DNA of 34,390 nucleotides from an uncultured Chloroflexia bacterium (lineage in GTDB: Bacteria > Chloroflexota > Limnocylindria > Limnocylindrales > CSP1-4): NCBI GenBank assembly GCA_963766735.1, contig CAVYBU010000024.1, positions 1 through 34,390 on the forward strand, in the 5' to 3' direction. The notes beneath the pieces are model-generated. The model worked only from the letters and a program-made list of their open reading frames with translations. It had not been told where the DNA came from and searched no databases. The first letter of the stretch is position 1, and the number at the start of each line of letters is the position of its first letter. Positions 1 to 8,222 of the stretch are shown here, piece by piece. Both the position numbers and the translations under genes were made by a program.

Positions 1-198
1 CGCTCCGGACCAGCTCGCACGGCTCTGGAGGCTCGGCGAGCCGCATCGTGATCGGAAGGTCGTTGGTGGCGGGGCTATCCCTCTCGCCCCGACCGAACTG
101 ACCTTCTTTCACGCGGACGACGCCGGTTCCGAAGGCCGCGTGCCAGCCTCGCGCCGAGGGCGACCCGGGGAAGCCAGGGATGGACGGGCACGCACACG

Positions 199-921
199 TC
201 AGGTGGTCGGTGGGACGGACCTGCCCGGGAACAGTAGCCTGAACTGCTTCGCGTACTGGCGCTTGCCCACGAGGCGCCAGAGCACCCTCACGGAGAGGGG
301 CATGCCCGCGTAGAAGATCTGGCGGTCCGCCGGCGTGGAGTTCGCAAGCAGCATCCCGATTTGCGGCAGGAGTCGACTCTTCGGGATCGCCCCGACACTA
401 TGGGCGGCCATCGCCGTCCACTCTTCCGTGGTCACCACCCGCTCCGCGACCGGGATGACCTCAACCACTTCACGGCGCAGGTGCACCTTCAGCACATCGA
501 GCATCCGGTCGTAGGCTTCGGCCAGCTGTTCGCCGACCGCCGGGTCGGCCGTCGCGCGCCATCGGGCGAGGAGCGGACTCGCCTCCTCGAGCAGTCCCGC
601 GACCTGCGCGTGGTGCGCGCGCATCTGGCCGACGTGCAGCGCGCAGGCGGGAGCGCGCTGCTCGAGCTTGTCCCACAGGAGTTCGTCCTCGCTCTCGTGA
701 TGCGTATGCAGCGTCGCGTCGAGATCGGCGAGCCACTCCCCGAGGAACTCGCTGCGCGCCACGTCACCGGCGGGAGCGCCGCGCACCAGTCCGGGCGCCT
801 CTTCGTATGCCCACAGGAACGCGTTGTGCAGGATGCGCATGTCCTCGCCGTTGCACAGCTTCGGCCCGTCAGGAACGGGCGGAGCGGTCTCACCGGGCAG
901 GGGGACGTACTCCATGGTCAT
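199..921 (-). CDS. Hemerythrin (HHE) domain-containing protein
   Basis: Motifs LHNAF, LHTHHESED, MRAHH, HLRRE. Start moved to ATG at 921 because AGGAGG lies just upstream. Confidence 0.85.
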   Translation of the reverse strand: MTMEYVPLPGETAPPVPDGPKLCNGEDMRILHNAFLWAYEEAPGLVRGAPAGDVARSEFLGEWLADLDATLHTHHESEDELLWDKLEQRAPACALHVGQMRAHHAQVAGLLEEASPLLARWRATADPAVGEQLAEAYDRMLDVLKVHLRREVVEVIPVAERVVTTEEWTAMAAHSVGAIPKSRLLPQIGMLLANSTPADRQIFYAGMPLSVRVLWRLVGKRQYAKQFRLLFPGRSVPPTT

Positions 922-956
922 GACGGACCTCCTGGGGGCGCGATGGGTTGCACCCA

Positions 957-962
957 AGTGTA
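957..962 (-). promoter_or_regulatory. Putative -10 element (TACACT) for the hemerythrin gene
   Basis: TAnnnT hexamer about 35 nt upstream of the ATG at 921; no clear -35. Confidence 0.35.
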
Positions 963-1025
963 GGTCCACGATCCTGCGTCGCCAACCGGCTGGCAACGAC
1001 GTCGGGGAGGCGCGGACCCATCGGG

Positions 1026-1184
1026 TCAAGACTTCGGAGCGGCCCGCGATCTGTTTGCTTCGGCCACACCTTCAGGCTCCGGCAGCCGCGTCGCCAAGAT
1101 CCACACCAGCTGCGCCGTGGTCGTCGCGCCCACCTTGAAGCGAGCGCTCGCCAGGTGGTGCTTCACGGTCGAGTGCGACAACCC
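1026..1184 (-). pseudogene. 5'-truncated LuxR-type C-terminal HTH remnant
   Basis: Manual translation GLSHSTVKHHLASARFKVGATTTAQLVWILATRLPEPEG...* resembles the LuxR recognition helix (TVKxH...K.G....QLV). An in-frame TGA lies a few codons upstream. Confidence 0.6.
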
Positions 1185-1439
1185 GGACCGAAGCTCGTTG
1201 CCTCATGCCAGCCGCCTCGCCGCGCGGCTGGTGACGACACCGCAGACCGTCACAGCTTCACCCGCGAATCGTCGTTGGGCGCAGGCGTTGCGGTCTATTC
1301 GCTCCTGGTGCCACGTCTGCGAGACCACCCTCGGAGCGCACCGGGCGTCCGGGGCCGTTTGCCTCTGGTCCGGCGCCCGTCCGCCGCCCACAATCAGCGG
1401 CAGGCGGGAAGCATCGATACGCGGTCCACGCTCCGTCCG

Positions 1440-1474
1440 CCGGGGCCGCGCCGGGCCACTGACGAGACCGACCC
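1440..1474 (+). repeat. 35-bp dispersed direct repeat, copy 1
   Basis: ccggggccgcgccgggccactgacgagaccgaccc; 31/35 identical to 3575-3609. Confidence 0.75.
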
Positions 1475-1539
1475 CGCGCCGTTGCGACGATGCCTGGGGT
1501 TTCTTGTTGCGGATCTCCCCCTGGAAGCATCTATAGGGT

Positions 1540-2079
1540 ATGAACGGTCAGGCGATGAGCAGTCCGACAGTCGCCGCCACCGTCACCCTCGCGGGGGCGG
1601 GTGACGAGGCGGCCTTCGCCCAGCTTGTCGCGACCTACCACGCCGACATGGCCCGGGTCGCCTTCGCCGCATGCGGCGACCGCGACCTCGCCGCCGACGC
1701 CGTCCAGGCGGCATGGCTCGTCGCCTGGCGCAAGCTCCGCTCGCTCCGCCACCCCGACCGGGTCCGTCCGTGGCTCCTCGCGGTGACCGCGAACGAGGCC
1801 CGCCAGCTCCTCCGCCGCCGCCACGGCCCGGTCGTGGAGATCGACGTCGACGTCGCAGCCGACCGGCGGGCCGATCCATCGACGGGCATCGAGCGTCTCG
1901 ACCTCCGTCGGGCGCTGGCCCATCTCTCGCCGGACGACCGGGCCCTCGTCGCCATGCACTACGTCATCGACCTCAGCTCCGACGAGCTCGGGGCGGCCGT
2001 CGGCACCTCGCCGTCCGCCGCCCGCATGCGTCTCTCCCGGGTCGTCGACCGCCTCAGGAAGGAGCTCTGCGATGGCTGA
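1540..2079 (+). CDS. ECF (sigma-70 group 4) RNA polymerase sigma factor
   Basis: Region 2 AFAQLV...AADAVQAAWLVAWRKL...PWLLAVTAN; region 4 LSPDDRALV...LSSDELGAAVG...ARMRLSR. Confidence 0.93.
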   Translation: MNGQAMSSPTVAATVTLAGAGDEAAFAQLVATYHADMARVAFAACGDRDLAADAVQAAWLVAWRKLRSLRHPDRVRPWLLAVTANEARQLLRRRHGPVVEIDVDVAADRRADPSTGIERLDLRRALAHLSPDDRALVAMHYVIDLSSDELGAAVGTSPSAARMRLSRVVDRLRKELCDG

Positions 2080-3421
2080 TCGCGATCGCTTCGAGCTCGA
2101 CCTCGCCGCCGCCCTGCGGACGTACCTGGAAGAGGCACCGACGGAGGTCCGCCCGACCCAGCTCGCCCGGCACTTCGCCACGGACTACCCTCCGGGACGG
2201 ACGTCGATTGGCCTGCGGCGCTTCGCCGCCATCCCGCACCCGGCCTGGGTGCTGCTCGTGGGAGCGGCCTTGCTCGCCGCGCTGCTCGGTGGTGCGCTCC
2301 TCGTCGGCTCGCAGGTGCAGCGGAAGCTCCCGGCCGTGGTGCCGCCCGTCGCCCCGTCCGCCGCCCCGGCGTACGCAGGAACCTGGGATCCCATCCTGGC
2401 CACCACCCGAGCCAGACCCGCTCCAGCCGCCGCCACCTGCCCGCCGGACACCGATCCGGCAACTCCTGGTGCGGCCGACCAGGAACGCCCCAAGGCGGGC
2501 TGGACGGGCAACCTGGCCGCAGCCTTCGACCGGCACACAGGCCGGATCGTCTATGTCGACACCCTCCGAGAAACCTGGACCTTCGACGTCTGTACCAGCA
2601 CCTGGCATCGCATGAATCCGACCGGGGCGATGATCGGTGAGCTCAGCGCCGGACTGGTCTACGACGTCGACTCAGACCGCACCGTCGCCCTTGGCTTCGA
2701 ACACATCTCGGTCTACGACGCCAACACCAACACTTGGACGCAGCCAGGCAACGACACCGTCGGTATTGGTGAAGGCCTCATCGTCCCCATGGGTGCTGCG
2801 TACGACCCGATCTCCGGCTTGATTCTCACCACGCGGTTCTCGGGTTGGGATGAGCAGGGCGAGACCGCCGGCGGCTGGGAGCTATGGGCCTACGACGTTG
2901 ACACGAACGACTGGACATTGGTCGGGACAGCCTCGTTCGAGCCGTCGCAAGCTCAGCGCCAGGGTAATGACACACAACCGCTGGAGCTCCTCGGGTACTC
3001 GCAGATGATCGATCGACTCATCTTCGGCTCCGGTCTCGAGACGACAGCCCTCGTCGACCCCCGCACCGGAGAAGCCACCCCTGTTTCCACCGACACCCCG
3101 CATGTCGACCTGGTATGGCCCAGCGGCGTCTACGGGCCTGCCGGCGACACCGTCTACGTCAAGCTGGGCTCAGAAGACGTCTGCGGGTTCGACTCCGACA
3201 GCCTGACCTGGAACGCCTGCTTCGACGCACCGGTCGCCCTGCCGAACTGGCCGAACTGGGCGTCCGTGTTCGCCGCCATGGTCGGCGACCCGATCAACCA
3301 GCGACTGATCCTGATCAACGGTGTCGGTGGCGCCTGGTGGTCCGAAGCCATGGACGACGTCTGGGCAATCGACCTCGACAACGGCGAATGGACCCAGCTT
3401 CTCGAACCATCAACTCAATGA
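2072..3421 (+). CDS. Putative single-pass anti-sigma factor with extracytoplasmic Kelch-like beta-propeller
   Basis: Overlaps the sigma stop. Short cytoplasmic N-terminus, TM helix (WVLLVGAALLAALLGGALLVG), Pro/Ala linker, repeats such as YDVDSDRTV, YDPISGLIL, WAYDVDTNDW, WAIDLDNGEW. Confidence 0.75.
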   Translation: MADRDRFELDLAAALRTYLEEAPTEVRPTQLARHFATDYPPGRTSIGLRRFAAIPHPAWVLLVGAALLAALLGGALLVGSQVQRKLPAVVPPVAPSAAPAYAGTWDPILATTRARPAPAAATCPPDTDPATPGAADQERPKAGWTGNLAAAFDRHTGRIVYVDTLRETWTFDVCTSTWHRMNPTGAMIGELSAGLVYDVDSDRTVALGFEHISVYDANTNTWTQPGNDTVGIGEGLIVPMGAAYDPISGLILTTRFSGWDEQGETAGGWELWAYDVDTNDWTLVGTASFEPSQAQRQGNDTQPLELLGYSQMIDRLIFGSGLETTALVDPRTGEATPVSTDTPHVDLVWPSGVYGPAGDTVYVKLGSEDVCGFDSDSLTWNACFDAPVALPNWPNWASVFAAMVGDPINQRLILINGVGGAWWSEAMDDVWAIDLDNGEWTQLLEPSTQ

Positions 3422-3574
3422 ACCGTGACCTCACCTCCGGCCCTTGTACGAGCCCTGGCTTGTCCCGATCCCGGAAGGCGGGGCGGGTCGTGGGGTGACT
3501 GTTCTGCTGCGGGGTGGTTTCTGATACGAGACCGGACTATCTGAATGGCGGCACCTACGCGTTAGGGAGGCCAC

Positions 3575-3609
3575 CCGGGACCGCGCCGAGCCACTGGTGA
3601 GACCGACCC
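3575..3609 (+). repeat. 35-bp dispersed direct repeat, copy 2
   Basis: ccgggaccgcgccgagccactggtgagaccgaccc; 31/35 identical to 1440-1474. Confidence 0.75.
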
Positions 3610-3638
3610 GCTGCCAAGCGTTCCAAGGATGGTGACTC

Positions 3639-4655
3639 ATGTGGAGCCGAACGTTGACCGCACTGGCCCCCGCGATTGCGCTGCTGCTTGCGGCCTGTGG
3701 TTCCGGCACCGCGGGATCGACACCGGTGACCACGACGCCTCCCGCCACGGCCGCGGCAACGGCCGCACCCAGCCCGGCCACGCCTGCACCGGTAGCGGGG
3801 GACGAGCCGTTCGCGCTGCTGACCGACAGCGTCGTGTACCACGAGGACGACGCTGGGGCCTGGTCGATGGACGTCTTCTATCCCGACGCGGAGGGTCCGT
3901 GGCCGCTCGTGATCGTCTACAACGGCATGAGCACATCCACGGCCGCCGGGGAAGCCCGGGAGATCGCCGCGCGCGGTGCCGTTGCCGTTGCCCCGCAGTG
4001 GCTGAAGGTGAAGCCTCCGGAGTTGACTCTTGAGGACTACATCGACGGAGGGCTGTTCGACCGCGCTGCATGCGCCGTGAACGCTGCGCAACACCTCGCT
4101 GCGGACTACGGCGCCGACCCGACGCGGACGACGGTCGCCGGCTTCTCCGCGGGTATGCACCCCACCGGATGGGTCGGCCTGGGCGTCGTGCGCAACGACG
4201 TGTGCCAGACACCGCAGCTGTATCAGCCGGTGGGGCTGGTCATGGGCGACAGCCAGTTCCTCTTCTACGAGCAGGGGTGGGACAGCTCGCTTGCGGACCC
4301 CAAGTCACCGGCGGCCGACACCGTTGACCGCTTCGTCAATCCGGAGCGATGGGACGTCCCCGACAACCTTGCCGTCTATCTGTGGACGTCGGACTACCCC
4401 TACGGGCGAGACATCGAGAATCCGCCGTCCGCGGAGTCCTGGATCCAGTCACGAGACACGACGGGCACGCTGATCAATGATCTGACGATCCTCGAGGCAT
4501 TCGACGACGAGTGGGTCGACTGGATGGACAACGGCCTGCTCATGGAGATGCGCATGAAGGGGGCCGGCCTCGGCGTGATCCATGAGGCCGTCGGCGGCGA
4601 GCACGCCTACAGCTCACGGGTGTTCGATGCCATCGAATCGCTGATCAGCCGCTGA
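3639..4655 (+). CDS. Lipoprotein, alpha/beta-hydrolase fold (esterase/lipase-like)
   Basis: Lipobox LLAAC, Thr/Ala/Pro linker, PWPLVIV strand, nucleophile elbow GFSAG, C-terminal GGEH. Confidence 0.8.
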   Translation: MWSRTLTALAPAIALLLAACGSGTAGSTPVTTTPPATAAATAAPSPATPAPVAGDEPFALLTDSVVYHEDDAGAWSMDVFYPDAEGPWPLVIVYNGMSTSTAAGEAREIAARGAVAVAPQWLKVKPPELTLEDYIDGGLFDRAACAVNAAQHLAADYGADPTRTTVAGFSAGMHPTGWVGLGVVRNDVCQTPQLYQPVGLVMGDSQFLFYEQGWDSSLADPKSPAADTVDRFVNPERWDVPDNLAVYLWTSDYPYGRDIENPPSAESWIQSRDTTGTLINDLTILEAFDDEWVDWMDNGLLMEMRMKGAGLGVIHEAVGGEHAYSSRVFDAIESLISR

Positions 4656-4694
4656 CCCCAGCCGGTCCCACTCCCCGGCCGGCGTCGAGTCCGG

Positions 4695-4826
4695 CTAGGG
4701 CTCCAGGCTCGCCACCACCAGCCACCCCTCCGCCCGCCCGCTGTTGATCAGCTGCTCGGTGGTGAGGCCCGAGCGCGCTCGACGGTCCGCCATGTGGCGC
4801 TTCGCGGTGCTCGCCGGACGCCAACC
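4695..4826 (-). pseudogene. Second 5'-truncated LuxR-type HTH remnant
   Basis: Translation GWRPASTAKRHMADRRARSGLTTEQLINSGRAEGWLVVASLEP* aligns with the 1026-1184 remnant (STxKxHxAxxR...GxTT..QL). Confidence 0.5.
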
Positions 4827-4839
4827 CCATGTGCTCCGT

Positions 4840-6192
4840 CTAATCCGTGACTTGACTCGAAAGCTCCTGGTGGACGTGCCGGTAGATGGCCAGGCGGTTG
4901 GCCTTGAACTTCGTCTTGAGATACAGGAGATAACGAACGCCTCCGCCACTCGTCTTTCGGTCGAGCGTGTGAACGTAGTCCCGAGCGATCTTGAGGCCAC
5001 CCTGGCGGGCCAGCTCGAGTGCGATCCAGTCAGATGGGCTGGCCCATTGCTTGATTTCCTGGACGATCCGGCGGGCGACCAGAGTGTCGTCGGGTTCCGG
5101 AATGAGACCGTATCCGTAGACAGGGCGCCCGAGGATCGGGTCTCTACCAACAATCCAGATCGAGTCATCCGGGATCTTGACTGCCATGCTGGCAATGCCG
5201 TCCGCCACGATGCGCTTCAAGAACCGCCGCATGGACTTCTGGACCCCCGCGCGAAGCGCGTTGATCCAGTTCGTGGCCATCTGGTAGACGGCCTTCGCCG
5301 GACCGCTGCCAATGTTGCGCCACCACTTCTCATTGTCGATCCCGATCTTCTTGGGCTTCCCCACCGCCTTGCCGAGTTCGCTGCGGGCACCCCGGGGGGA
5401 GCGGGGCGGTGTCAGACGATCTCGCCGGCCTCCTGGCGTGCTGCTGGTGTTGGGGGGGACCCCCACGCCCGGAGTTCTGGCTCCGGCACCGCGACGCGTT
5501 CGCGTCGTCCGCGTACCCGCCGCCCTACCCGACTTCTCCGTCACCAAGTAGGAGCCCCACCACTCGATCATGTGGAACGGCGAGATGCCCTCGGGAATGC
5601 CGGCGAGTGACTCCGACGACCAGTGCGTTCCCACTGGCGCGGGCGGTGTCCCCACGGGCAGGCGCTTCCCCGCCGCGGCCTCTATCCGCCGGCCCATCTC
5701 AGCGTGCATCTCAACCAGTGTCGTGGCCACGGCCTGCTGGACCGTCACGCCGTACCTCTGGCCCTCGCCCCGCAAGAATGCGTCCTTCCTTGAGGCTGAG
5801 GCCACGAGATCCGCGTTGCTGAGCATCGGGATCAGGACTCGATCGGCGGCGTCCTTGCCCAGGATCCGCGGAAGGGCACGCCGGGCTGGCGTCGATCCGC
5901 CAGCTTGGCGCTGGGTCGTCCGGACGGATCCGACAGGTTGGCGCGTCGGAAGATCGGCGATGAGCCTCGCGACGACGGCGTTCCCGACGACCGCCTGCAG
6001 TCTGAGGATTGCGTCAGCGCCTAGCCGAAGCTCGCGTTGCCCGACGGGGCGCCTACCTGGCTCGGAGTCCGCCCGGGCAAGGTCAGCAATGGGCCCGGCA
6101 ACCCCTGTTGACGCGTTTGGCCTACCCCCGGCAAGCCTCAGTGACGAGGATCCTCTGCCCCAGATGGGTGGCGTCCCTATCGCGCGGTCCAT
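4840..6192 (-). CDS. Hypothetical protein (about 450 aa) with LQxxxGNxxVxRL/QR leader; possible secreted effector or toxin
   Basis: ATG at 6192 with GGAGG RBS. N-terminal AILRLQAVVGNAVVARL then TQRQ; basic, aromatic-rich C-terminal domain; visibly more AT-rich than its neighbours. Confidence 0.65.
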   Translation of the reverse strand: MDRAIGTPPIWGRGSSSLRLAGGRPNASTGVAGPIADLARADSEPGRRPVGQRELRLGADAILRLQAVVGNAVVARLIADLPTRQPVGSVRTTQRQAGGSTPARRALPRILGKDAADRVLIPMLSNADLVASASRKDAFLRGEGQRYGVTVQQAVATTLVEMHAEMGRRIEAAAGKRLPVGTPPAPVGTHWSSESLAGIPEGISPFHMIEWWGSYLVTEKSGRAAGTRTTRTRRGAGARTPGVGVPPNTSSTPGGRRDRLTPPRSPRGARSELGKAVGKPKKIGIDNEKWWRNIGSGPAKAVYQMATNWINALRAGVQKSMRRFLKRIVADGIASMAVKIPDDSIWIVGRDPILGRPVYGYGLIPEPDDTLVARRIVQEIKQWASPSDWIALELARQGGLKIARDYVHTLDRKTSGGGVRYLLYLKTKFKANRLAIYRHVHQELSSQVTD

Positions 6193-6550
6193 GACCCTCC
6201 AGCGATCACGGGCGCCCGTCGCGTGATGGCCGCCCGCCAGGCGCCAGGGGCACGCAGACTGCGTCAGCCGCACGAGTGCGGGGCGTCCAGGTGTGTACTC
6301 CGCTGAAGACTATGGTGCGTATTGTCCCCCCCCAGCAGGGGTCCAGCAACACGCGGTCGCCACATCTGCCCCGATGGTTGTCTCGTTGCCCTTTCGAGCA
6401 GTTGTGGACGTCTGCTCACTCCCCCTCCTCGTACGGCGAGGCTCGGTCGATGGGCCAACAGGAGCGCCGAGCGGCGCGCTCCGACGGCCAAGAGGCGAAT
6501 GGATGCCACGGGGATCGGCGCACGGGCGGGTGGCCGGATGCCCTCGCCGA

Positions 6551-6599
6551 GACGTGAGCGAAGCGCCGGCGTGTCGTTCGGCGCTTCGCGAGCTCAGTC
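6551..6599. other. Long intergenic inverted repeat (hairpin)
   Basis: gcgaagcgccg (6558-6568) pairs perfectly with cggcgcttcgc (6579-6589); the stem extends with bulges to about 6551/6599. Confidence 0.6.
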
Positions 6600-6885
6600 A
6601 GCCTCCCGGAGCCGTCGCAGCCACTGGTCTCGCCCCTCAGCCTTCACATGCACGCTTCCCCGGGTGCCTCCTTGGGCTGACGCTCGCCTGATACCTGTCG
6701 GGCGCGCCAGACTTCCCGCCTGCCGAACCCGTTGAAGCCGGCCTAGGTGGGAACCCGAGCTGCGGGACATGGTGCCCCTCGGCGTGGCTGCTCCGATCCA
6801 AGACACCACGCGCGGGTTGTCATCGATCACGAATGGCTCGAGGCCCGGGACGGCCGGAACCACGGCAACAGCGCGCCCCCACGGC

Positions 6886-7389
6886 CTACAGCAATTCGAG
6901 GTCCTGGTGGTCGAGAGCTCGCGCCAGTGCGGCCTCCTCGACCGGAGTCAGGCGGTCCTCGAGGATCGGGATGTACAGCTCCTCCTCGGCCAGGTGCGTC
7001 TTGAGCAGGGCGTGGAGGCGCAGCAGGATCCGCCGCAGTGCCAGCACCGACGAACGATCGACGTGTGACGGCAGGTCCTCCATGAACAACCCAAGCCTCG
7101 CCACCAGGCGGCTGATCTCCCGGTGCTCCTTGACCATCACCACCGTGGTTCCGCTCGAAGCGGCGAGCCGATCGAGCGTCGGGAAGACCGCTGCCTCGAC
7201 CGTCTCCATGTGGGGGATCAGGTGATCCGTCAGGCCGTCGTGCGCCTCGCGCAGCAGCGGCAGGTGGCCGACGAGCCCCGCCGTGTCGAGGCAATCGCAG
7301 CCCAGGCAGTCTGCAAGGTCGTTGAGCAGGCCGACGTAGTGCCGGAGCAGGTGGTGGTGCTCATGCGAGACAGCGGTCAGCGGTTGCAT
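6886..7389 (-). CDS. Hemerythrin domain-containing protein
   Basis: HEHH, HLIPHMETVE, EHREI, HLAEEE motifs; GGAGG RBS; CxxCxC insert. Confidence 0.85.
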   Translation of the reverse strand: MQPLTAVSHEHHHLLRHYVGLLNDLADCLGCDCLDTAGLVGHLPLLREAHDGLTDHLIPHMETVEAAVFPTLDRLAASSGTTVVMVKEHREISRLVARLGLFMEDLPSHVDRSSVLALRRILLRLHALLKTHLAEEELYIPILEDRLTPVEEAALARALDHQDLELL

Positions 7390-7461
7390 CGTTTCCTCCC
7401 GGGGACGCTACGTCAGCCTGGTCGCCGCCCGCGCCACGAAGGACGCGAGCGCCGGAGACCG

Positions 7462-7737
7462 TCACTCGAGGTTGCCGCCCTCCCCGGAACTGCCGAGCGC
7501 CAGGATCTCGGCCTCGATCTCTCGGACCATCAGGCGCAGTTGCTCGAGGCGCGCGCCGAGGTCCTCGGTGGCCAATTCCGGGTCGGGCTGCCGCGGTCGG
7601 CGATATCGACGTTCCATGGGCAATCCGGCCTCGTCGAGCCAGCCGACGCGGCGCCATGAGACGTGGTCGCAGGGACCTCGGCCATACGACTCGTGGGCAT
7701 GGGTTCCACACCCGTGCCGGTCATATCCGCAGCTCAT
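7462..7737 (-). CDS. Small Cys/His/Gly-rich protein with C-terminal coiled coil (DUF5320-like)
   Basis: ATG at 7737 with GGAGG RBS, directly after the PadR stop; MSCGYDRHGCGTHAH...LGARLEQLRLMVREIEAEILAL. Confidence 0.65.
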   Translation of the reverse strand: MSCGYDRHGCGTHAHESYGRGPCDHVSWRRVGWLDEAGLPMERRYRRPRQPDPELATEDLGARLEQLRLMVREIEAEILALGSSGEGGNLE

Positions 7738-7738
7738 C

Positions 7739-8152
7739 TCAACCTCCCGGGTCATCAGGCACGCCATCGATCCCATCGAGGAAGACGTCGATCAGGCGGG
7801 CTCGCTCCCGCATCACCGAGATCCATTCGTCGAGCGCCCGATGGCCCTCGTCGGCCAGCCGGTACGTCCGCCGCGGCGGCCCGTCGTTCGTGACCCACGT
7901 CGACACCACGAGACCTTCCGCCTCGAACTCGCGGAGTGCGCGGTAGGCCATCCCCTCGTCGACGCCGTCCGGTGCCAGGCAGAGGTCGTCGAGCTGGGTG
8001 ATGAGGGCGGCGCCGTGCACCTCTCCCTCGGCGATCAGACGCAGCAGGAATGGCTCGAGCCAGCGACCGCGCCGGCCGCCTTCTCGAACCCAGCCCCGAT
8101 GCGCGTCGTGGTGGTCGTGTGGGTGCGCGTGGTGAACGTCATCCTGATCCAT
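7739..8152 (-). CDS. PadR-family transcriptional regulator with His-rich N-terminus
   Basis: LEPFLLRLIAEGEVHG...YRALREFEAEGLVVSTW...GPPRRTYRLADEG; N-terminal HHAHPHDHHDAH. Confidence 0.9.
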   Translation of the reverse strand: MDQDDVHHAHPHDHHDAHRGWVREGGRRGRWLEPFLLRLIAEGEVHGAALITQLDDLCLAPDGVDEGMAYRALREFEAEGLVVSTWVTNDGPPRRTYRLADEGHRALDEWISVMRERARLIDVFLDGIDGVPDDPGG

Positions 8153-8167
8153 GCCAATAGCATCCGT

Positions 8168-8180
8168 CTGCCACTGGCAG
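8168..8180. promoter_or_regulatory. Candidate PadR operator palindrome CTGCCA-C-TGGCAG
   Basis: Perfect 6-bp inverted arms about 15 nt upstream of the PadR start. Confidence 0.4.
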
Positions 8181-8222
8181 TTGCCAAGTGCCGCATGACC
8201 CCCCCGGATCGAACCGACCGGG

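Noticed and set aside
1-198. Possible 3' end of a plus-strand gene
   Set aside because: An open frame exists but has no recognisable motif; it cannot be supported from this window.
3421-3570. GTTAGG at about 3561 as an integron attC core site
   Set aside because: No matching RYYYAAC box with a paired stem, no repeated attC sites and no integrase in the window.
6600-6790. Cobalamin riboswitch or SRP-like RNA (gccactg, gggaa fragments)
   Set aside because: The conserved elements are not in the required order or spacing.
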